From contig CAVVUS010000044.1 of assembly GCA_963751345.1 (NCBI GenBank), positions 1 through 64,000 on the forward strand: 64,000 bases of DNA, read 5' to 3'. Of this stretch, positions 50,000-59,074 are shown piece after piece. The stretch comes from an uncultured Chloroflexia bacterium. Lineage in GTDB: Bacteria > Chloroflexota > Anaerolineae > B4-G1 > SLSP01. The position numbers and the translations under genes are program-made. Numbering within the stretch: the first letter of the stretch is position 1; the number at the start of each line of letters is the position of its first letter. The notes under the pieces are model-generated. The model saw only the letters and a program-made list of their open reading frames with translations, was not told the origin of the DNA and did no database searches.

Positions 50000-51553
50000 C
50001 TATCGACTCAGCAGCTGCTGCGGGAGCTCAGTGAGCTCCCGGCTGCCGAATGCATAAGCGGCAATTAGAAAGGCAGTGGCGCCGACGGCAAGGCCGCCGA
50101 CACTCGCGACAAGAAGCCCCGCACCTGACGTGAGGCGGCTGAACCCAAGCACCGCCAGCCCCATCACCGCCGTGACAAGCCCGGTGCGCAGCAGAGACAA
50201 GCCCAGCGCGCCGCCCTCGACACCCCCGAGGCGCCTACGCGCGATGGCCAACAGGATGATGACCTGGAGGGCGACGCCGAGCGAGTTGCCCAGCGCCATA
50301 CCCACGTGCGCCATCGGGACCAGCAGGGCCCATCCGACTGCCAGGTTGGTGATGAACCCGGCCGTGGCGGCCCAGAACGGCGTCCACATATCACGTTGGG
50401 CGTAGAAGAGCCGGCTGGTGACCTCCAGCGCACTGTGAGCCACCAATCCAATCGCGAAGGCCTGCAGCCCGCGATAGACTCTCTCCGTCGCCGCTGCGTC
50501 GAATGCACCACGCTGCAGGAAGATCGCGGTCAAGGGTCGGCCCAAAACGACGAGCCCGACGGCAGCAGGTATCGCCAACGCGAGCACAAGCCGCAGCGCC
50601 CAGGCCGCCGTGGCGCGGAGTCCCTCACGGTCGCCGGCATTGGCGCGCTGCGAGAGGGTGGGGAAGACGGTGAGGCCCAGCGCCGTGCCGATGATGGTCT
50701 CGGGGAACTGCATGAGGCGCCAGCCATACTCATAGCTGGAGATCGCGCCCGCCGCGAGCCTGGACCCTAGGAATGTGGGCAGCACAAAGTTGAGATAGGT
50801 GACGGCCAGTCCCATGACGCGTGGTCCCATCAGGCGAAGTACCTCCCGCAGGTCCGGGTGGCGCAGCCTGGGATACCAACGTGCGTGATAACGTATGAGA
50901 CCCGGGACAAGGATCAGGAAGTGGCCAACGGTGCCGGCGAGCCCGCCCCACGCCAGACCGTATACCCCCATGGTGGGTGCGAGAAAGAGCGCCCCGACGA
51001 TGCGTCCCATCGTGTACGAGAGCGGGGCCATCGCCGGCAGCAGAAAGTGCCGGTGTGCCTGGAGTGTGCTCATGACGATCCCGCTGACCGATGAGATGAC
51101 CGTCTGAAGGAGGACGAGCCGCATGAGGTGTGTGGCGAGATCGGCGCGCACGGCATCGAATCCGGGCGCAACTGCGCGGATCACGTAGGGCGCGAAGATC
51201 GCCGCCGCCGCACTGATCCCCGACACGATGATCAGTGCCCAGTTGATGACGACGGACGCCAGGGACCAGGCGCCCTCAGGGTCGTCACGCCCACGGTCGC
51301 CGCGCTCGATGTAGGCCGACAGCACAGGGATGAGCGCCGTCGCCATCGCGAGTCCGGCGACGACGTTGAAAAGCGCGTCCGGCAGCTCAAAGGCGGCGTA
51401 GTAGGCGTCCAGGGCCGCCGAGGTGCCGAACGCCCGGCCGACGGCGGCATCGCGCACAATCCCCAGGAGCTTGTCGATCGCAAAGAAGGCAGCGACCAGC
51501 GTGGCGGAGCGTGCTACCTGGCCATTCAGCGCGCGCGACGGTGTCTGTGACAC
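50000..51553 (-). CDS. murJ: Lipid II flippase MurJ (MviN)
   Basis: LLGIVRD..FG..DAYYAAFELPD, RLMQFP, FPTLS, LQRGAF, RLFYA. Confidence 0.93.
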   Translation of the reverse strand: MSQTPSRALNGQVARSATLVAAFFAIDKLLGIVRDAAVGRAFGTSAALDAYYAAFELPDALFNVVAGLAMATALIPVLSAYIERGDRGRDDPEGAWSLASVVINWALIIVSGISAAAAIFAPYVIRAVAPGFDAVRADLATHLMRLVLLQTVISSVSGIVMSTLQAHRHFLLPAMAPLSYTMGRIVGALFLAPTMGVYGLAWGGLAGTVGHFLILVPGLIRYHARWYPRLRHPDLREVLRLMGPRVMGLAVTYLNFVLPTFLGSRLAAGAISSYEYGWRLMQFPETIIGTALGLTVFPTLSQRANAGDREGLRATAAWALRLVLALAIPAAVGLVVLGRPLTAIFLQRGAFDAAATERVYRGLQAFAIGLVAHSALEVTSRLFYAQRDMWTPFWAATAGFITNLAVGWALLVPMAHVGMALGNSLGVALQVIILLAIARRRLGGVEGGALGLSLLRTGLVTAVMGLAVLGFSRLTSGAGLLVASVGGLAVGATAFLIAAYAFGSRELTELPQQLLSR

Positions 51554-51576
51554 GGTATTCTTCGCGATGTCCCTGT

Positions 51577-52884
51577 CTACTGCCCGATCTCAGCGAGGAC
51601 GTCGAGCGCAGGCTGCCAGCCCTCGTGGTACTTGAGTGCGGCATTTAGGTCAGCTTCGGCGCTCGTCAGGTCACCCTGGGCGATGCGCGCCTTTGCGCGC
51701 CACAGATAGGACTCCTCCAGGTCGCTCGCCGTGGCCAGCGTAGCATTTGCCAGGTCGACGACGTCGTCATAGCGTCCTATCTGATAGTAGGTCTCGTAGG
51801 GTCCGAACTGATACCAGAGCATTCGATAGTAGAGACCAAGTTCCCGCGTGGTGTCATAGGCCACAGCAGCCTCGTCGTAGCGCCCAAGAGCGGTCAGGTT
51901 GGTGCCTACCGTGAACCAGCCGTACGTCACCCAATCCGAACCGCACGTCGCGTAGGCGAAGCACGCGTCAGGCGGCGTGCCGATCTCCGCCTGCGCACGT
52001 GCCAGCGCTTGCTCGTACATCGACGTGTCATCCATATCCGGGCCGATGAGTGTTGTCAGCTCGTCCCAGCGATCGGGTGACGCGACTACGAGATAGGTCC
52101 AATCAAAGACACGCCAGAGTTCGCCGAACTCTGCGTAGGACATATAGGTGGGCGGATCGTAGAGCGAGTCGTACAGGTTGAGCTCTTGGGTCGTGTCGTC
52201 GTATCCGATGACCAGCCTGAAGTGGCCGAGTTGGTCGCGTGCATCGCGGACATACCACGTCTCCACGATCACGGGATAGCCGGCTCGCAGGAGCGCCTTG
52301 ACCCCGTCAAGCGTACCTCCGGCGCGGACAATGGCCTTCAGCCCGCGGTCCTCGGCATACGCTGCCATCTGTTCGATGCCGACGTGCTTGTCCTCGGGAT
52401 CGGGCTTCAGCACCGGGGCGATATCGGACTGCCGGTCGTCGAGACCCCAATACGACATTGCCATCCCCAGAGTGGTCGGACCGCAGTTGTTCCAGCCCTG
52501 TCGCTCGTGGCGGATGCCCTCAAGCAGCACCTGTGCCGGCGGCGTGGGAGTGATGGTGGGCGTTGGGGTGGGTGTCTCGGTGGGTAGGGGCGTGATCGAG
52601 GGTTGGGGCGTGCTGGTGGGCGGCGGGGTCAGGGTGGGGGTCGGTAGGGATGTCGGTGGTGGGTCCGTCGCCGATGCCGCCATTGCCGCTGGAGGCGCAA
52701 CCGCCGCACCGAGCGGCGTGGGAAGCGTCAAGGGGTGGTTACTGTGACGTAGCTCCTGGAGTTGTGCCGGAAGCAGACTGGCGTAGCGGCCCGGAAGGGC
52801 CCGCACGACAGTGGGGATGGCTAACAGAGCGGTTCCTACAAGAGATAGCGCCACGATGACTACGATGTAGTGTATCTTACGCAT
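51577..52884 (-). CDS. C39-like cysteine peptidase with PT linker and C-terminal TPR
   Basis: QGWNNCGPTT, GHFRLVIGYD, LYDS, RMLWYQFGPYE. Confidence 0.85.
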   Translation of the reverse strand: MRKIHYIVVIVALSLVGTALLAIPTVVRALPGRYASLLPAQLQELRHSNHPLTLPTPLGAAVAPPAAMAASATDPPPTSLPTPTLTPPPTSTPQPSITPLPTETPTPTPTITPTPPAQVLLEGIRHERQGWNNCGPTTLGMAMSYWGLDDRQSDIAPVLKPDPEDKHVGIEQMAAYAEDRGLKAIVRAGGTLDGVKALLRAGYPVIVETWYVRDARDQLGHFRLVIGYDDTTQELNLYDSLYDPPTYMSYAEFGELWRVFDWTYLVVASPDRWDELTTLIGPDMDDTSMYEQALARAQAEIGTPPDACFAYATCGSDWVTYGWFTVGTNLTALGRYDEAAVAYDTTRELGLYYRMLWYQFGPYETYYQIGRYDDVVDLANATLATASDLEESYLWRAKARIAQGDLTSAEADLNAALKYHEGWQPALDVLAEIGQ

Positions 52885-52920
52885 GGAGCACACTATACCA
52901 GATTTCGCGGGAGGGCAAGG

Positions 52921-53167
52921 TCAAGGGGCGGGCTGAGCCTGCGGCTCGTCGCGGTACGCCCATCTGAGACGGTCCAGACGATCGAGGTAGTTCAACACAT
53001 CTGTCGAGTCCGTCCACTGGTCGATCGCGCCCAGGCGAGGAGGAAACGCGAGCACTTCGGGATCCGTGATCTGTGACTCGAATGGCATCTGTGAAACGTT
53101 CCGCGTGGATGACAAGAAAGGGACGGTCGAAGAACTGCAAGAAGCGCACCAAGGCTCCTTTGTCCAC
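52921..53167 (-). pseudogene. C-terminal fragment resembling DUF4037-domain proteins
   Basis: FFDRPFLVIHAERFTDAI, frameshift, then ITDPEVLAFPPRLGAIDQWTDSTDVL. Family assignment from recall. No N-terminal part upstream. Confidence 0.55.
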
Positions 53168-53280
53168 GTCTGTGTGAGAGCATATCCTCGGCCCACAGTA
53201 TCACGTCCCGGTCGTCGTGCAAGCCGGGCGGGAGTTGCGACAGGCCGGGTGCGAGAGGGCAGGAAGCGGGCGCCTGATGG

Positions 53281-54769
53281 TCATCCAATGACAGCGTTGA
53301 GGCGCCGGAGGGCAGCCTCGCGCCCGATCGCCTCGAGTGTCTCATAGAGTGATGGCGTAGCTTGGCGCCCTGAGATGGCAATCCGTAGCGCCATGTAGAG
53401 CTCCCCGCGCTTCCATCCGAGAGCCTGGACCTGGGCATCGAGCACGGTCGCGAGGCCCTCCGAAGTCCATTCGTCAGCATGCAACCTTGCGAGTGCCCCG
53501 GCGGCCGTGGCAAGCGCTCTCTGCAGCACCGTCCACGTATGACGCCGTGTGAAGCGATTCTGGCCCAGTAACTCCAGACAGCCTCTCAGGGTCCGGGTCA
53601 TAGAAGAAGAAGGAGAGCAGGTCGGGTGCTTCGTTGAGCGTCTTCATGCGTTCTCGGACCAACGCCACGATACTTTCCGTGCGCTCCGTCTCCCGGGCGG
53701 ACCGGTCCATCACCGAGATAGGCTCTGCAGCACTAACGAGCGGCAGGACTCGCCGCGTCAGATCGGGTACCGGGAGATGTCGGATATAGTATCCGTTCAT
53801 CCACAGGAGCTTGTCCCGGTCAAAGATGGCATTGGACGGACTGCAGCGGCCCAGCGAGAACGACGCCAGCAAGTCGTCAAGGGACAGAATCTCCCGGTCT
53901 GTGCCCGGACTCCAGCCGCTGAGCGCGAGGTGGTTGAGCATAGCCTCCGGCAGATATCCCATCTCCTGGAATTCCCCGATGTAGACGGCGCCGGTGCGCT
54001 TGCTGATTTTCGACCGATCGGGGTTGAGCAACAGGCCGACGTGGGCGAAGGCCGGCGGATCGAAGCCCAGTGCTTCGTAGATCTGCAACTGGGGAAACGT
54101 GTTATTGAGATGCTCAGCCCCGCGGATGACGTGCGATATCTCCATCAGATGCTCATCAATGACTGTTGCGAAGTGATAGGTCGGCATCTTATCGGATTTC
54201 ACTATCACGGGATCGCCGATCAGCGCCGCGTCCTGCTCGACGCGGCCTTGCACGAGGTCCTCCAGCACCATAGGCTTGGGCGTGAGTCGCAGCCGCAGAA
54301 CGTTCGGCCGGCCTGCTCGCAAGCGAGTCTGCACTTCGGAGGATGTGAGCGACGCGCAGCGTCCGTCATACCTCGGCGGGTGGCCCTCGGCCAGGGCGGC
54401 CCCGCGCTGAGCTGCGAGCTCGTCCGGCGTGCAGAAACAGCGGTAGGCCCGCCCGCTGTCGAGGAGCCGCTGCGCATGTTCACTGTACAACTCCAACCTC
54501 TCCGACTGCCGGTAGGGGCCGTAAGGTCCGCCGATGTCCGGCCCCTCGTCCCACTGGAGTCCTAACCACTGCAGCCCTTCCAGGATGCCCTGCTCAGATC
54601 GAGCGGTGGACCGCCGGCGGTCGGTGTCGTCGATCCTGAGGATGAACCGTCCCTGGTGCTGCCGTGCGAAGAGCAGATTGTACAGGGCGCTTCGCGCTGT
54701 GCCTACGTGGCAGTGCCCCGTTGGACTCGGCGCGATTCGGACGCGAATCGGGCTGGTTGGACTGGTCAT
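53281..54769 (-). CDS. gltX: Glutamate--tRNA ligase (possibly a second, tRNA-Gln-related paralog); frameshift near 53580
   Basis: RVRIAPSPTGHCHVG, LRIDDTD, WDEGP, YRQSER, YRCFC, PTYHFA, HVIRGAEH, KISKR. Anticodon domain LRIAISG..TPSL..IGR..LRRL lies in ORF 53281..53601. Confidence 0.93.
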
Positions 54770-54792
54770 GGGTCTCTCCTGGTCTCTTGGGG

Positions 54793-54828
54793 GAACAAAA
54801 AACCAGCCTACTTGCGGGTAGGCTGGTT
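54793..54828 (-). terminator. Intrinsic terminator (attenuator) in the gltX leader
   Basis: Minus strand: AACCAGCCTAC-CCGCAA-GTAGGCTGGTT followed by TTTTGTTC, about 24 nt before the gltX ATG. Confidence 0.85.
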
Positions 54829-54860
54829 GGTGACTCAGGTCGTCGGTCAGCTACGAAGCG

Positions 54861-54932
54861 TCAACCGTCCCGCACGGTAGGGGGGATGGACTGCTGCTCA
54901 CGCTGCTGCCGGCCGACCAATGGGTGGATCAT
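54861..54932 (-). CDS. Putative leaderless attenuator leader peptide MIHPLVGRQQREQQSIPPTVRDG
   Basis: 24 codons including CAG CAG CGT GAG CAG CAG. ATG is 6 nt after the -10. The 3' end is complementary to the terminator 5' arm and loop. Confidence 0.75.
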   Translation of the reverse strand: MIHPLVGRQQREQQSIPPTVRDG

Positions 54933-54938
54933 ATTCGC

Positions 54939-54966
54939 ATCGTACAGTGGATGGCCTTATTGTCAA
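54939..54966 (-). promoter_or_regulatory. Sigma70 promoter of the gltX leader
   Basis: TTGACA (54966-54961), 16 bp, TACGAT (54944-54939). Confidence 0.75.
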
Positions 54967-55131
54967 ATGGTGCCGTCCGCCACCCTCGATGGCAGACGGC
55001 CGAGGAGGGGAGGTCATCGTGAGTAGCCATCGCACGGACGATTGTGGTTCACGCGCCCCGGGCGTACAATCTGCCAACGTCGTGCCCAGCCATACCTCTG
55101 GCGGCTGGGGACCTCAGCAAGGAGACATCGC

Positions 55132-55497
55132 ATGAACCCACCAACTTTCTCAGGGTGGCACTATCGATACCTCATCATCGCGCTGGAGCAGCGGGACCCG
55201 CCGGCGCCGTGGGGCATCCACACGAACCTCGCGTTCAACGATGTTCCCGCCTGCAACTGCCCGGCGACCTTCCATAGTGGCCTCGATGTGCACGGACGTG
55301 AACTCGGCGGGTTCTTCAATACCGACGCGACGCGGACGATCGACGCGATGGTCCCGCCCATCTCGCCGGCGACGTGGCTCACCACACCGAACGGTGCGCC
55401 GATGCTGCGCGAGGCGATTGGTGCGGCGGCCCTCTTCGAAGGCGAGATGAGCCATCACGTCCACTTGCCCCTGGCGTTGGGATTGGGGGCGGCGTGA
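55132..55497 (+). CDS. Small protein ending in an LPLxL-type tail; possibly a remnant of a secreted protein
   Basis: AAGGAG RBS; ends HHVHLPLALGLGAA; stop overlaps the xylB GTG (GTGA). Confidence 0.5.
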   Translation: MNPPTFSGWHYRYLIIALEQRDPPAPWGIHTNLAFNDVPACNCPATFHSGLDVHGRELGGFFNTDATRTIDAMVPPISPATWLTTPNGAPMLREAIGAAALFEGEMSHHVHLPLALGLGAA

Positions 55498-57008
55498 GGA
55501 CCTCGCCCCTGCTCGTCGGGATTGACGTTGGCACCTCCAGCACCAGGAGCATCGTGGTGACGCCGGACGGCGACGTGCTGGGCTTGGCCGCCCGCGAAAC
55601 GCCGGTCGATACGCCCCGGCCCGGCTGGGCCGAGCAGGACGCGGACGTGTGGGTCGAGACCGCGCTGTCGACGACGCGCGCCGCAATGGCTGCGGCGGAC
55701 GTCGTCCCGGAGGCCGTGCATGCTATCGGCCTATCGGGCCAGATGCATGGCACCGTATGTGTGGGCGAGTCGGGGCGACCGCTGCGCCCTGCTGTGATCT
55801 GGGCCGACCAGAGGACGGTGCAGCAGGTCTCAGAGATCCGCGCGACGCTCGGCGCGGATCAGCTGGCGGCGTGGACGGGGAATCCACTGGCGACCGGCTT
55901 TATGCTGCCGACGTGGGTCTGGCTGCGCGAGCGGGAGCCGGACGTTCTGGCAGCCACGCGTTGGCTGATGCTCCCCAAGGATTACGTCCGCTATCGTCTG
56001 ACCGGCGAACCGGGCACCGAACCGAGTGATGCTTCCTCGACCTCGCTCTTCAATCCCGCAGAACGTCGATGGAGCGAGCCGCTGCTGGCGGCGCTTGATC
56101 TGCCGGACGGGTGTCTGCCGCCCGTCCATCTCTCCACGGCTGTCGCCGGCGGCCTGTTGCCCGATATGGCCGAGGCCGCGGGGCTGCGGCCGGGCACCCC
56201 GGTGATCTATGGTGGGAGCGACCAGGCGATGCAGGCGTTCGGGAATGGCGTGGTCTCGCCGGGCGTGGTCTCGTCCACCATCGGCACGGGAGGGCAACTC
56301 TTTGCGCCGACGGATCGGCCCGTGGTCGACGCGCCTCGGCTGCGGATGCACAGCTTCTGTCACGTCCTGCCCGACCTCTGGCACGTCGAGACCGCTATGC
56401 TTTCGGCAGGGCTATCGCTACGTTGGCTGAGGGATCAGGTGCTGGGTGTGGCCTCCTACGACGAGATCGTGGACGAGGCGCAAGGTGTGCAGCCGGGGGC
56501 GGATGGCCTCCTCTTCCAGCCCTACCTCGCCGGCGAACGCACGCCACACATGGATCCGCGCGCCAGAGGCAGTTTCGTCGGGTTGACGCGACGGCACACA
56601 CGCGCGCACCTAGCGCGGGCCGTGATGGAGGGCGTTGTCTTCGGCATGCGGCAGGGGCTCGACGTGATGCTGTCGTTGGGCGTGCCCGTGGACCGGATCG
56701 TGGCCTCTGGGGGCGCGACACGGCATCCGCTGTGGCTACAGTTGCAGGCCGACATCTACGACCGGCCTATTCACCGCACCGCCTCAGGGGAGGCCGCGGC
56801 GATGGGCGCCGCACTGCTGGCGGGCGTGGGTGTGGGCCTGTTCGCAGATGCACAGACTGCCATTCGCAGTGCCGTCCGCTGGCACGAGGGTGTCGTCCTG
56901 CCCGATCCGGGTCGTGCGAATCTCTATCAGCGTCACTACCAGCTCTACTGCGACCTATATCCTGCATTGGCGTCGACTGATTGGTCGCTGGGGACAACGG
57001 CTCAGTGA
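55494..57008 (+). CDS. xylB: Xylulokinase (FGGY family)
   Basis: GIDVGTSSTR, GLSGQMHG, IWADQR, LPKDYVRYRLTG, TIGTGG, PYLAGERTPH, ASGG. Confidence 0.92.
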   Translation: MRTSPLLVGIDVGTSSTRSIVVTPDGDVLGLAARETPVDTPRPGWAEQDADVWVETALSTTRAAMAAADVVPEAVHAIGLSGQMHGTVCVGESGRPLRPAVIWADQRTVQQVSEIRATLGADQLAAWTGNPLATGFMLPTWVWLREREPDVLAATRWLMLPKDYVRYRLTGEPGTEPSDASSTSLFNPAERRWSEPLLAALDLPDGCLPPVHLSTAVAGGLLPDMAEAAGLRPGTPVIYGGSDQAMQAFGNGVVSPGVVSSTIGTGGQLFAPTDRPVVDAPRLRMHSFCHVLPDLWHVETAMLSAGLSLRWLRDQVLGVASYDEIVDEAQGVQPGADGLLFQPYLAGERTPHMDPRARGSFVGLTRRHTRAHLARAVMEGVVFGMRQGLDVMLSLGVPVDRIVASGGATRHPLWLQLQADIYDRPIHRTASGEAAAMGAALLAGVGVGLFADAQTAIRSAVRWHEGVVLPDPGRANLYQRHYQLYCDLYPALASTDWSLGTTAQ

Positions 57009-57310
57009 TCGCTCATCGCCCCAAATTGACAGAGGAGATGTGGACGCCAATACCCCGTCGCCTCCCTGGTTCTGGAGCCCCGGTGTCTGTCGTGTCTATC
57101 TCAAGCGCTTGCATCGTGGTCATCGAGTTCGGCACCCGGCGGATGATCGCGCCATAGGTCAGTGTCCCGCTCTACACCCTTCTTGTACAAGACGGAGTAG
57201 TTGTTGTACAATCCCTCTCATACCGAAAGCTAACTTTCTGGTGCGGTCGGCGTACGTGCGCCGGTCGCCAGGGGAGTCAGCCTGAGCCATCGGCTGTGAG
57301 GAGGTGAGCT

Positions 57311-58601
57311 ATGGTTTCGCTGCGACGTATATGCCTCGCGGTCGTCACCCTTTCGGCGGTCCTGCTGTGCGCCAGCACGCCTGCGGCTGCATACCCTCAG
57401 GGGCAGACCGGCTCCGCCCCGCCTGTCCTGGGCTCCGGGCCCTTGTCGGGCGTCATCCGTGCCCCCGACGGTTATGCCACGCCGGCAGCGCCCGTACCGG
57501 AGTCCACGGGGACCGTGGCTGCGACCGGCGGGCTGCGGGCGGTGGCCGTTGTCGGAGACGTGGGCAGCGTGACGGCTACCTATAAGCAGGATATGGACTC
57601 CGCCGTGACGGCCCTGGAGGCGCACGGTGTTACGGTGACGCGCTTCACCTATGGTGAAGGTAGCTTCACCTGGGCGGATATCGTGGCGGCGGCACAAGGG
57701 TGCACACTTCCTGCTGTATATGGGCCATGGCGTTTACTGGGGTGGCACGTGCACCAACCCCACGAGTGTAGGGGGCTTCTACCTGGGACCAGGGCAGTTT
57801 GTGTCACCAGGTGCAGTCTACACAGACCTTGCGGGGCGACTGGCTGATGATGCAGTGATCATCTTCAGCCACGCGTGTTACACTGCCGGCAGTACTGCGT
57901 GCGATGCGAGCGGTCAACCGGGCGTGGCAGAGGCCGAGCGCCGCGTGACGCTCTATGCTGAGGCCTTCACCCATCTTGGTTTGCAGGCGTACTTTGCCAA
58001 CAACTACTTCGGGTCGGCCGCGGCCATCGTCAACCGTCTGCTCGACGATTCATCATTCCGGAGTAGCGTTGGCGACGTCTTCCGTGCCACGTACCCCAAC
58101 GGTTCAGGCAACCATCGCGATCTCAGTTACCCGGTCCCAGGCTACGATCTCTGGCTGAACGGCAGCGATGGGAATTGGGATCACGGCTTCGTGGGGCAGC
58201 CGTCCTACGTCTTCAGTGGGGACCTTGTTGTGCCTGAGCTGGGCGGACTTCCGGCGACGCTTGGCTTCCTGCACAGCGAATACGATCACGTCACCACACC
58301 CGCGGTCGCCCATCTCACTCCCGCCAATGTGACGACAGATGATCAGCTGACCTGGAGTGTGACCAAGGTCGGGAACTGGTTCAGCGTCGCGCCTCTTTCG
58401 GGCACAACGCCCGACGGATTCACGTTGTCTCCGGGAACCTTGGAGGCTCTGCCTCCCGGGTCCTACACGGGGGCGATCACCGTGTCGGTCACAGATCCCG
58501 CGGACGCCGTGGCGACTCCTCAGCGGATCGAGGTGTTCCTCCGGGTGACCGACGGGCCACTCTACATCGCGTACCTTCCTGCGGTCGCCAAGCACCCGTA
58601 G
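57311..58601 (+). CDS. Secreted protein with BACON/Ig-like C-terminal domain and YLP tail; frameshift near 57700
   Basis: GAGGAGG RBS; signal peptide ending AAAY; YMGHG and FSHACY (caspase/gingipain-like His-Cys spacing possible); W..V.PLSG..LPPGSYTGAITV; YIAYLPAVAK. Confidence 0.75.
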
Positions 58602-58734
58602 TCGCCTAACCCAAACCTTGCCAACGATATCCACCCTCAGACCCACACAGCCCGTCATCTGGATCATCGGCGGGCGTGCTATGCTGTCAGTGATAGCCTG
58701 GATCGGCCGGGTTTCGCACTAAGGGAGGTAGACT

Positions 58735-59004
58735 ATGATGAAGCTGATGCTGCGGCATACGGTTCAGGACTTCGCGCGATGGAAGGTTGTCTTCGACCAG
58801 CACGAGTCCGCCCGCAAGGATGCCGGCCTGACGGTGGAGCATATCTGGCGGAACGCTGACAACCCTAACGAGGTCATTGTACTGATGGACGTCGCCGATG
58901 TGCAGGCGGCGCAGTTGTTTTCTGGTTCGGCTGAACTCAAGGAGGCCATGGCTGAGGGAGGCGTGATGGGGCCGCCCGACGCGGTCTTCCTTACGAGCGA
59001 TTGA
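58735..59004 (+). CDS. Small dimeric alpha-beta barrel (ABM/cyclase-like) protein
   Basis: RHTVQDFARWKVVFD..NPNEV..LKEAMAEGGVMGPP; GGGAGG RBS. Confidence 0.8.
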   Translation: MMKLMLRHTVQDFARWKVVFDQHESARKDAGLTVEHIWRNADNPNEVIVLMDVADVQAAQLFSGSAELKEAMAEGGVMGPPDAVFLTSD

Positions 59005-59074
59005 GGCCACACCACATATGACGGGGCAGGTCCCCAGGCATGCGGCGACCAGAGGACCTGCCTGACCCTACGTG

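Noticed and set aside
57219-57300. c-di-AMP or c-di-GMP riboswitch (CCGAAAGCTAAC resemblance)
   Set aside because: The other conserved elements of those riboswitches are absent.
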